Below are positions 52,011 to 64,000 of a stretch of DNA of 64,000 bases, piece after piece. The translations under genes were made by a program, and so were the position numbers. Positions within the stretch are counted from its first letter, which is position 1; the number at the start of each line of letters is the position of its first letter. The stretch is taken from NCBI RefSeq assembly GCF_009914755.1, contig NC_060947.1. The stretch is one strand, 5' to 3'. The notes under the pieces are model-generated. The model searched no databases. It saw nothing but the letters and a program-made list of their open reading frames with translations, and was not told the origin of the DNA. Origin of the DNA: the human T2T-CHM13v2.0 reference genome, Homo sapiens.

Positions 52011-54052
52011 GACTAGAGCATTCAAACTGTTGCACCTAAAAGATGGCAATAAGTGAATAAATGGATATCTGAAGAAACAAAGAACAAATTTAGCACCTAT
52101 AACAATACCTAACTGAAAAGAACTAAACCATTCCAGATGGGCCTGCCTTTTTAATTACACCCTGACACACATTTTTCTGTTTTCAGATTGTGAGTCTTTT
52201 TTCAAATTAATCTATTTTTCCTTTGGACTTTTTTGAGCTCTTAAGACTGCTTTTGCCTGTTCCAAGTTCTGTCTCTGCACTGGCTAAAGGTGAAATTTGG
52301 AACTCACTGCCCATTGCCTTGAGGACCAACCAACTGGTCTCTAGCCCAAGTGTGGAGGTGCTAGTCTGTAATTCGACAGGTCTCCAGGGCGCTAGTATAT
52401 ATCCCTCGCCCCACAGTATGAGTCAGAACCATCTCAGCACAACAGGCAAAGGGCCTTTAGCCTAGGACATGGCCTATTCAGACTCCCTAGATCTAGACCA
52501 CTCACACACCTTTAGTACTATAATATAGTGATTTAAAGTGTGATATTGGAGTCAAGTTGTAGCATCACCAATTAATAGCTCTATAATCTCAGACAGACAT
52601 ATGATTTAAATTTTCTAAACCTCAATTTCTTCACCTGCAAAATGAGGATAATAACAGGACCTACTTTATAGTAATGCTATGAGGCTTACGTCAGATAATG
52701 CGTGTAAAGTGATTAATGCAATGCTTGGGGCTTAGTAAGAGATCAATAAGTGCTAGCTACAGAGTTGTGTCACCACCGAACCTGCTTTACCAATCAATTT
52801 CTTCCTGCCTCCTTTGCTCAGTTACCCTTTTCCAGAGCTGAGTGTCTTCCAGAGAAACGTCTTTGAAAGAAAAGAAAGTCAACAGTCACAGACACCTCAA
52901 GAATTTGGAAGACAGAGGAGAGAAGTTTATTTAGAGGGAGCAGAAATATTTCTGGATCGCAAAGAGACACAGGGGCAAATAACTGTGTCAGCCCATCATC
53001 AATTGTAGGCAAGGCAAATGATGAAATACAGTGATATCTAGGAGTAAGGCATTCCATTCCCCATCTTAGCTGTCATTTCCTCCACTATGAACGTCAAAGA
53101 AGGTAAACTACAAGACCTGGGAGGAAGGAGGAATAAAACTATTTTTAAGTAATTTATTTTTTATTTAAAAATCAGTGCATAGGAGTATATGTCAGAGATA
53201 ATGAGAAGTCTAAGCTTGCCAGCTGGTTTGGTGGGGGATGAAAATTCAAAGCTAGAGAGTTAAATGTGAGTCACCATCATAGCTGGTAAACTCTCCCAGC
53301 AAAAAATAAGAGAGGGGGAAAAAATGCAGGTAAATGTGGATTTTAGAGCTAGAAACACCCTTATATTTGTATCTAATCTAGTCACTTTATTAATCCCCTG
53401 CTCCCCTCCCCTGCCCAATTCCCCCCACCTACACACCCACAGGACCTGAAGTCTAGAGAGGATAAATAATTTGATCGAGATCACCCAGTTAGTAGCAGAA
53501 TTCAAAGTACTTGCCAGGTTCCCTTTCTCCTAAACTAGTGTTCTTTCCATTATAGTGCAAAAGGAACTCAATATAAGGCATTGAGCATTTAAAATATGTC
53601 ATGGGATAACCTGACAAAATAAGCACTTTTGTTAAATGTAAAACAAACAACCCTCCAGGGAAACTCCACATATTTTTCCCTGGAGCACCTGGTCGGGGGG
53701 CGGGGGGGTAGACAGGAATAAAAAGAAGCATCACACCTTCTCTCTTCTGTTTTGCCTGTGGGACCCAAAAGCAAAACAGGAGAAAAGAGAAAGAGTAATG
53801 AATGAAGATCTAGGAAAGTGAGAAAGGACACAGGGAGCCCCAGGCTCAACTGTGGCTCAGAAATGGAAGAATGAGAGTGGAGAGAGGTGTTAGAGTGTTA
53901 GGAGAAAGGGATTGTGCATACAAAGGGTGATAAAGGGGTTCTGGCCTGAACGTCATTGGGGAGCTGGGTTCGAGTGATGCCAATTCAGTCAATTCATTGT
54001 GTGACATCTAGGTCTTATTTTCCTTTGTACAATCAATAAGTTGGTTTACATC

Positions 54053-54371
54053 TGCACTATGCAATGCCACAGCCACTACCCACATGGGGCTGCTGAGCAC
54101 TTGAAATGTGGCTAGTCCTCACTGAGATGTGCTGTGGGTATATATACACATCAGATTTGAAAGACTCAGTAAAAATAAAAATATGTAAATTAGCTTCTTA
54201 ATATTTTCAATATTGAATACATACTGAAAGGATTTGTTGATATGTTGGGTTAAATGAATTATATTGTTAAATATTAACTTCACCTGTTTATTTTTACCTT
54301 TTCGGTGTAGGTATTAGAAAATTTAGGAATTACATTATGTGGTTTGCTATATTTCTAGTGGTCAGTACTGG
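54053..54371. mobile_element. MER33-like element
   Basis: GAGCACTTGAAATGTGGCTAGTCC...TATTTCTAGTGGTCAGTACTG. Confidence 0.65.
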
Positions 54372-54750
54372 GCCAGATGATCTCTAAGATCACTTTCATC
54401 TCAAACATTCAGTGACTTTTTGAAATCTTGATGGGACCAGTATAGGAAAGATAGAGAGAAATCAGCACTCATGGTAGTAGTTAGAAGTGAGATGGAAGAG
54501 AAAGGGAGATGACAGAAAATGAAAACAGATTGAAATTCCAAATACTTGTGATTTGACAACATGAACAATTGCATGTTATTTGCCTCTGTCCTCTCATCTG
54601 ACCCACAGTTGTATTTTTTAACTAACTGGTCTTGATGAGCCCAATAATCGGCATGGAATCATCTTTCTCTTTCAAATTGCTTTACAAATATTAAAAAACA
54701 TGATTTCTCCTTAATCCTTCCTAATTAATAGGAAGTCAAACATCACTTAC

Positions 54751-54795
54751 CAGAAACAAAACTGAAAACCAGTGGTTAACCACCCAGTTTCCCAT
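54751..54795 (-). CDS. NOX1: NOX1 exon 1 coding part (MGNWVVNHWFSVLFL)
   Basis: ACAATGG start; GTAAGT donor; 5'UTR probably extends to about 55001. Confidence 0.96.
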
Positions 54796-54999
54796 TGTCA
54801 AGAGGTGGTTTGGAGCCCTTCTAGGCAACAGGGAAGATTCAGCAATCCGGATTCTGGAGAGGTCCTTCAGGAATGGAACATTTGTCCAGCGCAGGGTCTG
54901 TGAGCCTTTAAGATGTGAAAAACACACACCTACCCCAAGAGTTCCTGGGAATGAATAAGTTTATTCTGCCTTCCTTCTCTGGACAGAACTGTGCTATCA

Positions 55000-55200
55000 G
55001 CTTAGATAGACCAGCCCTATCTATGAGAACCACAAGGGTTTTACCTGTGGGGATTTTACTGCTTCAGGAAATAGCAACATTCTTGGATGAAAATATTCTC
55101 TCTCATCATCTTATCAACATGACCTAATGTGAAGCATTGCCTTCCTAGATAAAAGATTTGCTAAAGTTTCTCATAAAAAAGATTATTAGTCTGGGTCTGT
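55000..55200 (-). promoter_or_regulatory. NOX1: NOX1 proximal promoter with GATA (55111-55116, 55147-55152) and CDX-like (TCATAAAA 55171) motifs
   Basis: Motif matches; consistent with known GATA/CDX/HNF1-driven colon expression of NOX1. Confidence 0.6.
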
Positions 55201-56854
55201 AAACAGATTACTTCAGGAGAAGTAGGGAGGGAAGCGTGTGTGGTAAGGAAGCTGTTTCAAAGTGCACTTTTCAAACTGTTGCCACATCTGCCGGCTGCCA
55301 TTTGGATTTCAGCCTGGCTAGCTCAGAAACTTTAGCATACCAGTTCCCCTGGAGGATGATCTGTGGTTGACATATATGATGATGGCTTTGGGGAGAACTT
55401 GACTGGCTGGAAGGACAAGTGAAAAGAAGGGCCAAATAGAGCAAGAGAAAATTTAACAAGTATAAAAGTGCACTTTGGTTCAAAATAAACAGAGGCAGAG
55501 CACTCAAAAGAATGGAGATGATTGTCTTCTAGTATGATAGATTTACTAGAGTTGTGTGTTCAGCTCTGGGCACTGATTTTTTTTCCCTTTTCTAAAATGG
55601 TGAAATATACACAGAAGAGTATATAAAACATACATATGTAACTTAAAGAATAATTTTAAGGAATAAGTATCTATGTGTTCACTACTCAGATTAAAGAAAA
55701 TAGACTATTTTTCTCCAGTATCTTAAAGCTCTTTGTATTTCCCTCCCTGATCACATCTATCTTCTTCCCCTCCTCTACCCCACCGGATGTAATCACTATC
55801 CTGAAATTTGGGGTAATCATTCTGTTATTTTTCTTTATATTTTTACTAACTATAATTGCATCCCTAAGCAATATATTGTTTAGTTTTTCCTGTTTTTGAA
55901 CTTTTTGTAAATGAAACCTGGCAGTGTGTATGTATGCTTCTGTGGTTTGCTTCTTTCAACATTGGGTTTTTGAGATTCATACATGTACATGTAATTGCGG
56001 TTCACTTACACTGCTATCTAATATGCCATTGCATGAATGAATATACATTAATGTATTCATTCATCCTACTACTGATGGATATGATGATGGAACAATGTTG
56101 ATCAAATGTCACACATATGCTACAGTTTCTCTAAGGTATATACCCAGGAGTAAAATTCCAGGGTCCTGAGATTTGCACATATTCTACTTTGCTGTGTAAT
56201 TCCAAACCCGTTCCGAAGTGACCACCTAAATGTATACTACAGAGAGTTATGAATGAGAGTTCTACTTCCTCTACATGCTTACCAACCCTTGGTATTTTCC
56301 AGACTTTTTTGTTTTTATAATTCAAGTAAGTGTGGAAAACTATCGTATTATGATTTTAATTTGCATTTCCCTGATTACTAATGAGTTTGAGCATCTTTTA
56401 ATTCAACTGCTGGCCATTTGAGTTTTCTCTTTTTAAAAGAGCCTATTCTGAGCCTATTCTACTTTTTGGTCTATCTTTCTATTGGTTTTTCTTTTGCTTT
56501 TAGATTCTTAGGGTTCTGTTTATAATCTTATACTAATCTTTTATTGCTTATGTTTATGGCTTGTCTTTTCAGTCTCTTAATAGTGTTTTCTGATAAATGG
56601 AAGTTCTTAATTTTAATGCACTCTGATTACCAGTCATTTCTTTTATGATTTATGCATTTTATGTCTTGTTTTAGAAATCCATCACTACCCAGATATCAAG
56701 ATACTCTTTTATATTTTCTTCTAGAAATTTTATATTTTTGCATTTTACATTTATGTTTTGAATCCACCTGGAGCTGATTTTCATGTATGGTATCCAATTT
56801 ACTACTTTTAAATATGGAAAACGAATTGCCCCAGCATCATTTTTGAAAAGTACT

Positions 56855-57160
56855 TTTTATTTTTATTTTTATTTTTTTGAGACAGGGTCTCACTCTGTCA
56901 CCCAGGTTGGAGTACAGTGGTGTGATCTCCCTTCACTGCAACCTTCACCTCCTGGGTTCAAGTGATTCTCATGCCTTAGCCACCCGAGTAGCTGGGATTA
57001 CAGGCAAGCGCCATCATGCCTGGCTAATTTTTGTATTTTTAGTAGAGACAGGGTTTTGCTGTGCTGGCCAGTCTGGTCTTGACCTCCTGGCCTCATGTGA
57101 TCCACCCACGTGGGCCTCTCAAAGTGCTGGGATTACAGGCATGAGCCACTGCGCTCAGCC
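56855..57160 (-). mobile_element. Alu
   Basis: Antisense dimer; TSD CATTTTTGAAAAGTACTTT. Confidence 0.9.
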
Positions 57161-57365
57161 ATTTTTGAAAAGTACTTTCAAAAATATACTTTCTTCGCTG
57201 ATCTAAAATGTCAGTTCTATTATATATGAAATGTCTATATACACGAGTTTCTTCCGGAGCTCTCCATTCAGTTCTTCCATGCCACTGCCTTAATTACTAA
57301 GTCTTGACATCTGATAAGACAAGTTTCCCCACCTTGTTCTTCAAGAGTGCTTTGGCTATTCTTGA

Positions 57366-57798
<433 letters not shown>

Positions 57799-58042
57799 CT
57801 GTTATATCCACTTCTAAGAACTTTATATGTTTTCATGAGGTTGTAAATTATATATTTTAATTTTAATTTTTAATGATGGCTGTTAAAGATACAATTTGTT
57901 TTTACATATTGATTTTTATGCCCAGCAACATTGCTAAACTCACTTATTAATTGTAATAATATTTCTGTATTTTGTCTTACATTGTCTATAAACACAGTCA
58001 CATTTTTCGCTCTAAACACAGTTTTATTTCTTTTTTCTAATT

Positions 58043-58329
58043 CTTTTTTTTTTTTTTGAGACGGAGTTTCCCTCTTGTTGCCCAGGCTGGAGTGCAATGG
58101 CTTACTGCAACGTCTGCCTCCCGGGTTCAAGCGATTCTCCTGCCTCAGCCTCCCGAGTAGCTGGGACTACAGGCGCCCACCACCATGCTCGGCTAATTTT
58201 TCTATTTTTAGTAGAGACTGGGTTTTACCATGTTGGCCAGGTAGGTCTGAAACACCTGACCTCAGGTGATACGCCTGCCTCGGCCTCCCAAAATGCTGGG
58301 ATTACAGGCGTGAGCCACCGTGCCCAGCC
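58043..58329 (-). mobile_element. AluS
   Basis: Antisense dimer. Confidence 0.9.
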
Positions 58330-58810
58330 TTCTTTTTTCTAATTCTTATAACTTTTATTTCTTTTTCTTCGCTTACTGCACTCACTAGAACTTCTAGTAC
58401 AATGCTGCACAAAGGTAGAAGTAGTGATCCCCTTGCCTAATTCCCAATCTCAAAGGGGATTCTTCCATTTCACCCTTAAGTAGAATGTTTTGTATAGGTT
58501 TTGTAGATATACTGCTACATATTTTTATTTTACTTTACTTTAGGCACAAAAGCAAATATTTATTTAAAACAGAAAAGAAAGCACAGCACAATTAACAGAT
58601 TTATTGAGGTATAATTTATATGCCATGAAATGTTCCCATTATAAGGAGTATAGCGCAATGCACAGCACATTTTATATTTATTGTAAAAAGCTGAAAAATC
58701 TCTTCAACATCACAAAACCCATAAAAACAACATTTTCATTAGCTGCTGAACACACCTGCAATTTAGTATCATAATGCCAGGTGAAATTGGCACAGTGGGT
58801 GGTAGGAGTT

Positions 58811-58819
58811 TTCCTGGAA
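58811..58819. promoter_or_regulatory. GAS (STAT) element TTCCTGGAA about 3.8 kb upstream of NOX1
   Basis: Perfect TTCN3GAA; position agrees with the recalled IFN-gamma-responsive NOX1 element. Confidence 0.6.
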
Positions 58820-59327
58820 GCCATTTCTACACTAAGGCAGCTATCAATCAGTTAACTAGATATAGAAGTGTCAGTGAACCACATAATATATATTCTCCTA
58901 AATCCAAACTAAATATACCACCAACACAACAACCTCTTATCTGTATTCCAGAAATGCTCATGGCCACTCCAGCATCACTTGACCTGAGGGGAAGTGTGAC
59001 AGAGGGAAGTTGGAGTGGTAAGAGACAGTCAATCACTAGCAATGAAAATATTTTACATTTGTAAATTTTACAAAAACACTTGCCCGTGCCCAAGACCACA
59101 CATTAAAAGAGAAACTAAAGCCTGTCCATGGAAGGGTGACCAAGATGATGTAATGAGTTGAAAGCATCCTATATTAGGAGGATTTAAAGAGTGTAGGGAA
59201 TTTGGCCTGGAAAGAGGTTTATCGGGGACATGAGTTTATCTACATTTTTTTTAAGAAGATTTAGATTGTTTTGTATGTGACCCAAGGAGTCAACCAAGGA
59301 ATAGAGGCTCTAAAGTAACACACTTTA

Positions 59328-59655
<328 letters not shown>

Positions 59656-60182
59656 TCAATATAAAGCAGAATTTTCCAACACGGGTATTCAGAGAAGTAA
59701 AGAGGTAATGAGTTTCCTATTACTTGAGACTCTCAAGGAAAAATGGACAACCCCTTGTCAGCTTTTTATAAGGGGAATATCAGCACCAGGTAGATGGTTA
59801 ACTAAATGTCCCTTAAATATACTCCAACATTGAGATCCTGTGATTCATAAAAGAATGATCTATAATCTGGATGACAATTTATGTATTATCTAAAGAATTA
59901 TATATGCCATGCTGATTGGACCCTTATGTCTGTGAGGTAGGACCCCCATTCCCAATATCAGAGTACTAGGAAGTCTTTTGATAAGCTGGTGATCACAGAA
60001 TCTGAGCTAAGATAGTCAGATGATCTTAACGGAATATTACTATTAAGCTGCAGCAGCAAACTCACTTGGCCCTTTTCAAGGTAAGATTACACCAGCAAAT
60101 TCAACTAAAATATCCATGCCCCAAATCTGAAACCTCCCTCTCTTGGGCAATGCCGGACACACTAAAAACTTCTCACCATCAA

Positions 60183-61007
60183 GACATTTATGTGGCCAAC
60201 AAACATACGAAAAAAAGCTCATCATCACTGGTCATTAGAGAAATGCAAATCAAAACCACAATGAGATGCCATCTCACGCCAGTTACAATGGTGATCATTA
60301 AAAAGTCTGGAAACAACAGATGCTGGCGAGGATGTGGAGAAATAGGAATGCTTTTACACTGTTGGTGGGAGTGTAAATTAGTTCAACCATTGTGAAAGAC
60401 AGTGCGGTGATTCCTCAAGGATCTAGAACCAGAAATACCATTTGACCCAGCAATCCCATTACTGGGTATATACCCAAAGGATTAGAAATCATTCTACTAT
60501 AAAGACACATGCACGTGTGTGTTTACTGCAGCACTATTTACAATAGCAAAGACTTGGAACCAACCCAAATGCCCATTAATAATAGACTGGATAAAGAAAA
60601 TGTGGCACATATATACCATGGAATAGTATGCAGTCATAAAAAAGAATGAGTTCATGTCCTTTGCAGGGACATGGATGAAGCTGGAAACCATCATCCTCAG
60701 CAAACTAACACAGGAACAGAAAACCAAACACTGCATGTTCTCACTCATAAGTGGGAGTTGAACAATGAGAACACATGGGCACAGGGAGGGGAACATCACA
60801 CACTGGGGCCTGTTGGGGGGTGGCAGGCAAGGGGAGGGAGAGCATGAGGACAAATACCTAATGCATGCAGGGCTTAAAAACTAGATTATGGGTTGATAGG
60901 TGCAGCAAACCACCATGGCACATGTATACCTATGTAACAAACCTGCACGTTCAGCACATGTATCCCAGAACTTAAAGTAAAATAAAAATAAGTTAAAATA
61001 AATAAAC
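60183..61007 (+). mobile_element. 5'-truncated L1PA 3' end (about 825 bp)
   Basis: ORF2 C-terminus ([11 protein letters not shown]) plus 3'UTR; 18-bp TSD AAAACTTCTCACCATCAA at 60165 and 61008. Confidence 0.92.
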
Positions 61008-61627
61008 AAAACTTCTCACCATCAACCTCCCTTTTTTGTAAATTCTCCCAGAATTGCTTTCCTTCTGTTGGCTCTAGACATTATAATAGTCCCCTCCACC
61101 CTGTATTGCTTCACCTGTCTTAATGTTTGCATTTCCCAGGTTTATGGATTATGCGGCATTGACTAAATTTGAGGTTGCTTCCTGGAGATCTCTAGGGAGT
61201 ACTTAAATGTCATCAGTAACTTATTCACAGTTTTACCATAGACTGCAGTCTTTTGGAAAGATTTCCTGTAGACGGTTGATCCCACCCATGGTAGGTGGAT
61301 TCTTGCAAACTGTAAACACAAAGCCCTTACCTGACCTGCATGTTGTGTCTTCTCCCTGATCACTTGTGTCTGTCCTCATTTGTCCCAAATTTGCCTTTAC
61401 AGTTACAACTCTTGTACACCTCTTCCAGGAATTAATATATAACAGAGAGTGTTGAATTACTTAACAGTTTAAACATGTGCTTAGGACATCAGAAAAAATT
61501 GTTTTGAGAATTATTTTAAGAATTTATAAAAGAATTTGATGGTTGGTTTTCAAAAACAAAAATTTAAGTAGTCATGGGGAAAATGATAGTTTGTTTTACT
61601 TATTTTATTGTTTATAATTACGTTTAA

Positions 61628-61978
<351 letters not shown>

Positions 61979-63409
61979 CATTTGTTTCTTTTAAATCTTA
62001 GAGCCTTTAAAGGTATTAATTTGGTCTTGATTACAGCGTCCAAAAATGAAACATCCCATAATGATAAGAGGGACTGATACATGTGGAATTATTTGAAATC
62101 AATTCTTTTTACTATGTTGGAGCAGAACCAGACCTCACCAAAGTAGCACCTTGTAAAGGCAATATGGTATGATGGAGCTGGATTTGACCTCCAGCTCCCC
62201 ACTCACTATTAATGCTCCCTTGGAAAAGTCTAACTTTGCTCAGCCTCAGTTTCTTCATCTGTAACCTAGCGTACTGATCCCTCATGGAGAAAGTGTTCAA
62301 ATTGTAGCCTATATTGATAGGCAGAAGGCAAAGTGGTGGTACGGAAGAGATGGTAGAGCAGTATGGTGTACTGGTTAGATATAGATTCCAGAGCCAGTCT
62401 ACCTAGGTTTGAAGCCTGCCTCATTATCCATAAAATGGGTTGTTATAAGAATTAAATGAGTTAAAGTATGGAAAGCAATGAGAACACTGCCTGACATATA
62501 AAAAGCACTCCATAGTTGCTTGCTATAATAATGATGATGATGATGAGCCCTAAGAAAATATAAGCAGAGGACCTAAACTCAATGGTACTTTCTTTTGCTA
62601 TTGAAAAGGGGAGCAGAAACTATAGATCAGAGACCATTATTATACAAACTTTGTAAGATTATGAAACTTTTGTCACTACCTTATGTCCGTCGGTTTTACC
62701 CTGTTTTCTCCAGAGTTTAGCAAATTTTAAATGAGCCTGTGTGCTTGGCTTCAATAGTAGCAAGAAACTGGGAAGGTGCAGAGTTTGTGTCTCATTCTGC
62801 AGCTAGGCTTGGGGAGTAATTACCAAAGAAGAAAACAGGTGGTATCCCCATGGCCATAAGGAAGAAAGAACACTGGGGGTGGCCCTAGGCCTGGAAAGGG
62901 GCCTGGGGACTCAATGATGGAAAGGTTTATGTAGTTCCCTGTTCTCCCTACTTCCATCACAGGGCTGTGGTGAGCATCAAATGAGCTGGTATGTATAACA
63001 GTGATTTTTAGGCCAGTAAGTATCATGGAGACATCACTAGAATAGCAATGAGTACTTTCATGTTACATCTGCTACTTTGGAAATCTGCCCTCAAAAGTGT
63101 ATATGTGAGACTTATTCAGCTCAGAAACAATATTCAACTCTTGCCTTTTCTTGAAGACCGATTAAGCTCTGCCTCTTCCAGGAAGTCTTCTCTGACCACC
63201 TCAGTCATCATACCACACTGTCTTCCAATTTTTATAGCATGACATAGCATGAGTTCCTCATCTTCTTACCTCTCTCATAGCCTGTGAAACCTCCCATTGT
63301 TATTTACCCTTTTCTGAGCAAGTCCTATCTTATCCAGATTGCTCCTTAAGGCAGAGCACAAAGCTCTCTATGCACAGTAGATGTTCAATAAACATTTGTC
63401 ATGTGATGG

Positions 63410-63871
63410 TGTGGTAGGCAGAATAATAGCCCCCTAAAGATGTCCACATCCTAAGCCTGTGAATACGTTACCTTGCATGGCAAAGGGGAATGAAGGTGGA
63501 ATTAAGGTTGCTAATCAGCTGACCCCAAAGCAGGGAGATTATTATGGATTCTATGGGTGGCCTAATGTAATCACAAGGATCCTTAAAAATGGAAGAGGGA
63601 CACAGAAGTCAGAGTGATGAGATATGAGAACATGACCCACTCTTACTGACTTTGAAGATAGAGAAAGGAAGCCAGGAGCCAAGGAATGTGGGCTGGAACT
63701 TCTCCCCCAGAGCCTCCAGAAAGGAATGCAGCCCTGTCAGCACCTTGATTTTAACCCAGTGAGACCCAATGCAGAATTATGACAACCAGAACCATAAGAT
63801 AATAAGTGTGTGTTGCTTTAAGCCACCAAGTTTATAGTAATTTGTTATAGCAGCAATAGGAAAGTAATACA
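63410..63871 (+). mobile_element. MaLR solo LTR (MLT1D-like)
   Basis: TG...CA termini (TGTGGTAGGCAGAATAAT...GTAATACA); 5-bp TSD GATGG. Confidence 0.85.
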
Positions 63872-63946
63872 GATGGTAAAGAAAAGACTTTCCTGCAACC
63901 ATATTTACTGGCTCTGAACTGACTACTCTGCCTGGGAAAGAAGATA

Positions 63947-64000
63947 AGCCGGGTGCAGTGGCTCACACCTGTAATCCCAGCATTTTGGGAGGCCGAGGCG
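63947..64000 (+). mobile_element. Alu 5' end (window edge)
   Basis: GCCGGGTGCAGTGGCTCACACCTGTAATCCCAGC. Confidence 0.9.

Overview
Human-type genomic DNA (Alu/L1-rich), recognisable as the X-linked CSTF2–NOX1 locus. On the + strand is the complete CSTF2 gene (CstF-64 polyadenylation factor): 13 constitutive coding exons that join by hand into a 577-aa ORF, two in-frame cassette exons in intron 8, and a non-coding last exon. On the − strand, convergent with it, is the complete NOX1 gene (NADPH oxidase 1): 13 exons giving 564 aa, plus about 9 kb of upstream region. NOX1 intron 7 holds a processed HNRNPA1 pseudogene that retains alternative exon 7B. The rest is mostly Alu, L1, L2, MIR, MER and MLT repeats. 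I found no new multi-gene system. The most unusual structures are: (1) a young L1 insertion whose whole body is inverted relative to its poly(A) tail and TSDs; (2) a ~240-bp locally templated insertion inside an Alu; (3) a 38-bp copy of the CSTF2 exon-8 donor that could define a poison exon; (4) the exon-7B-containing retrocopy. Repeat subfamily names come from visual recognition and repeat boundaries are approximate.
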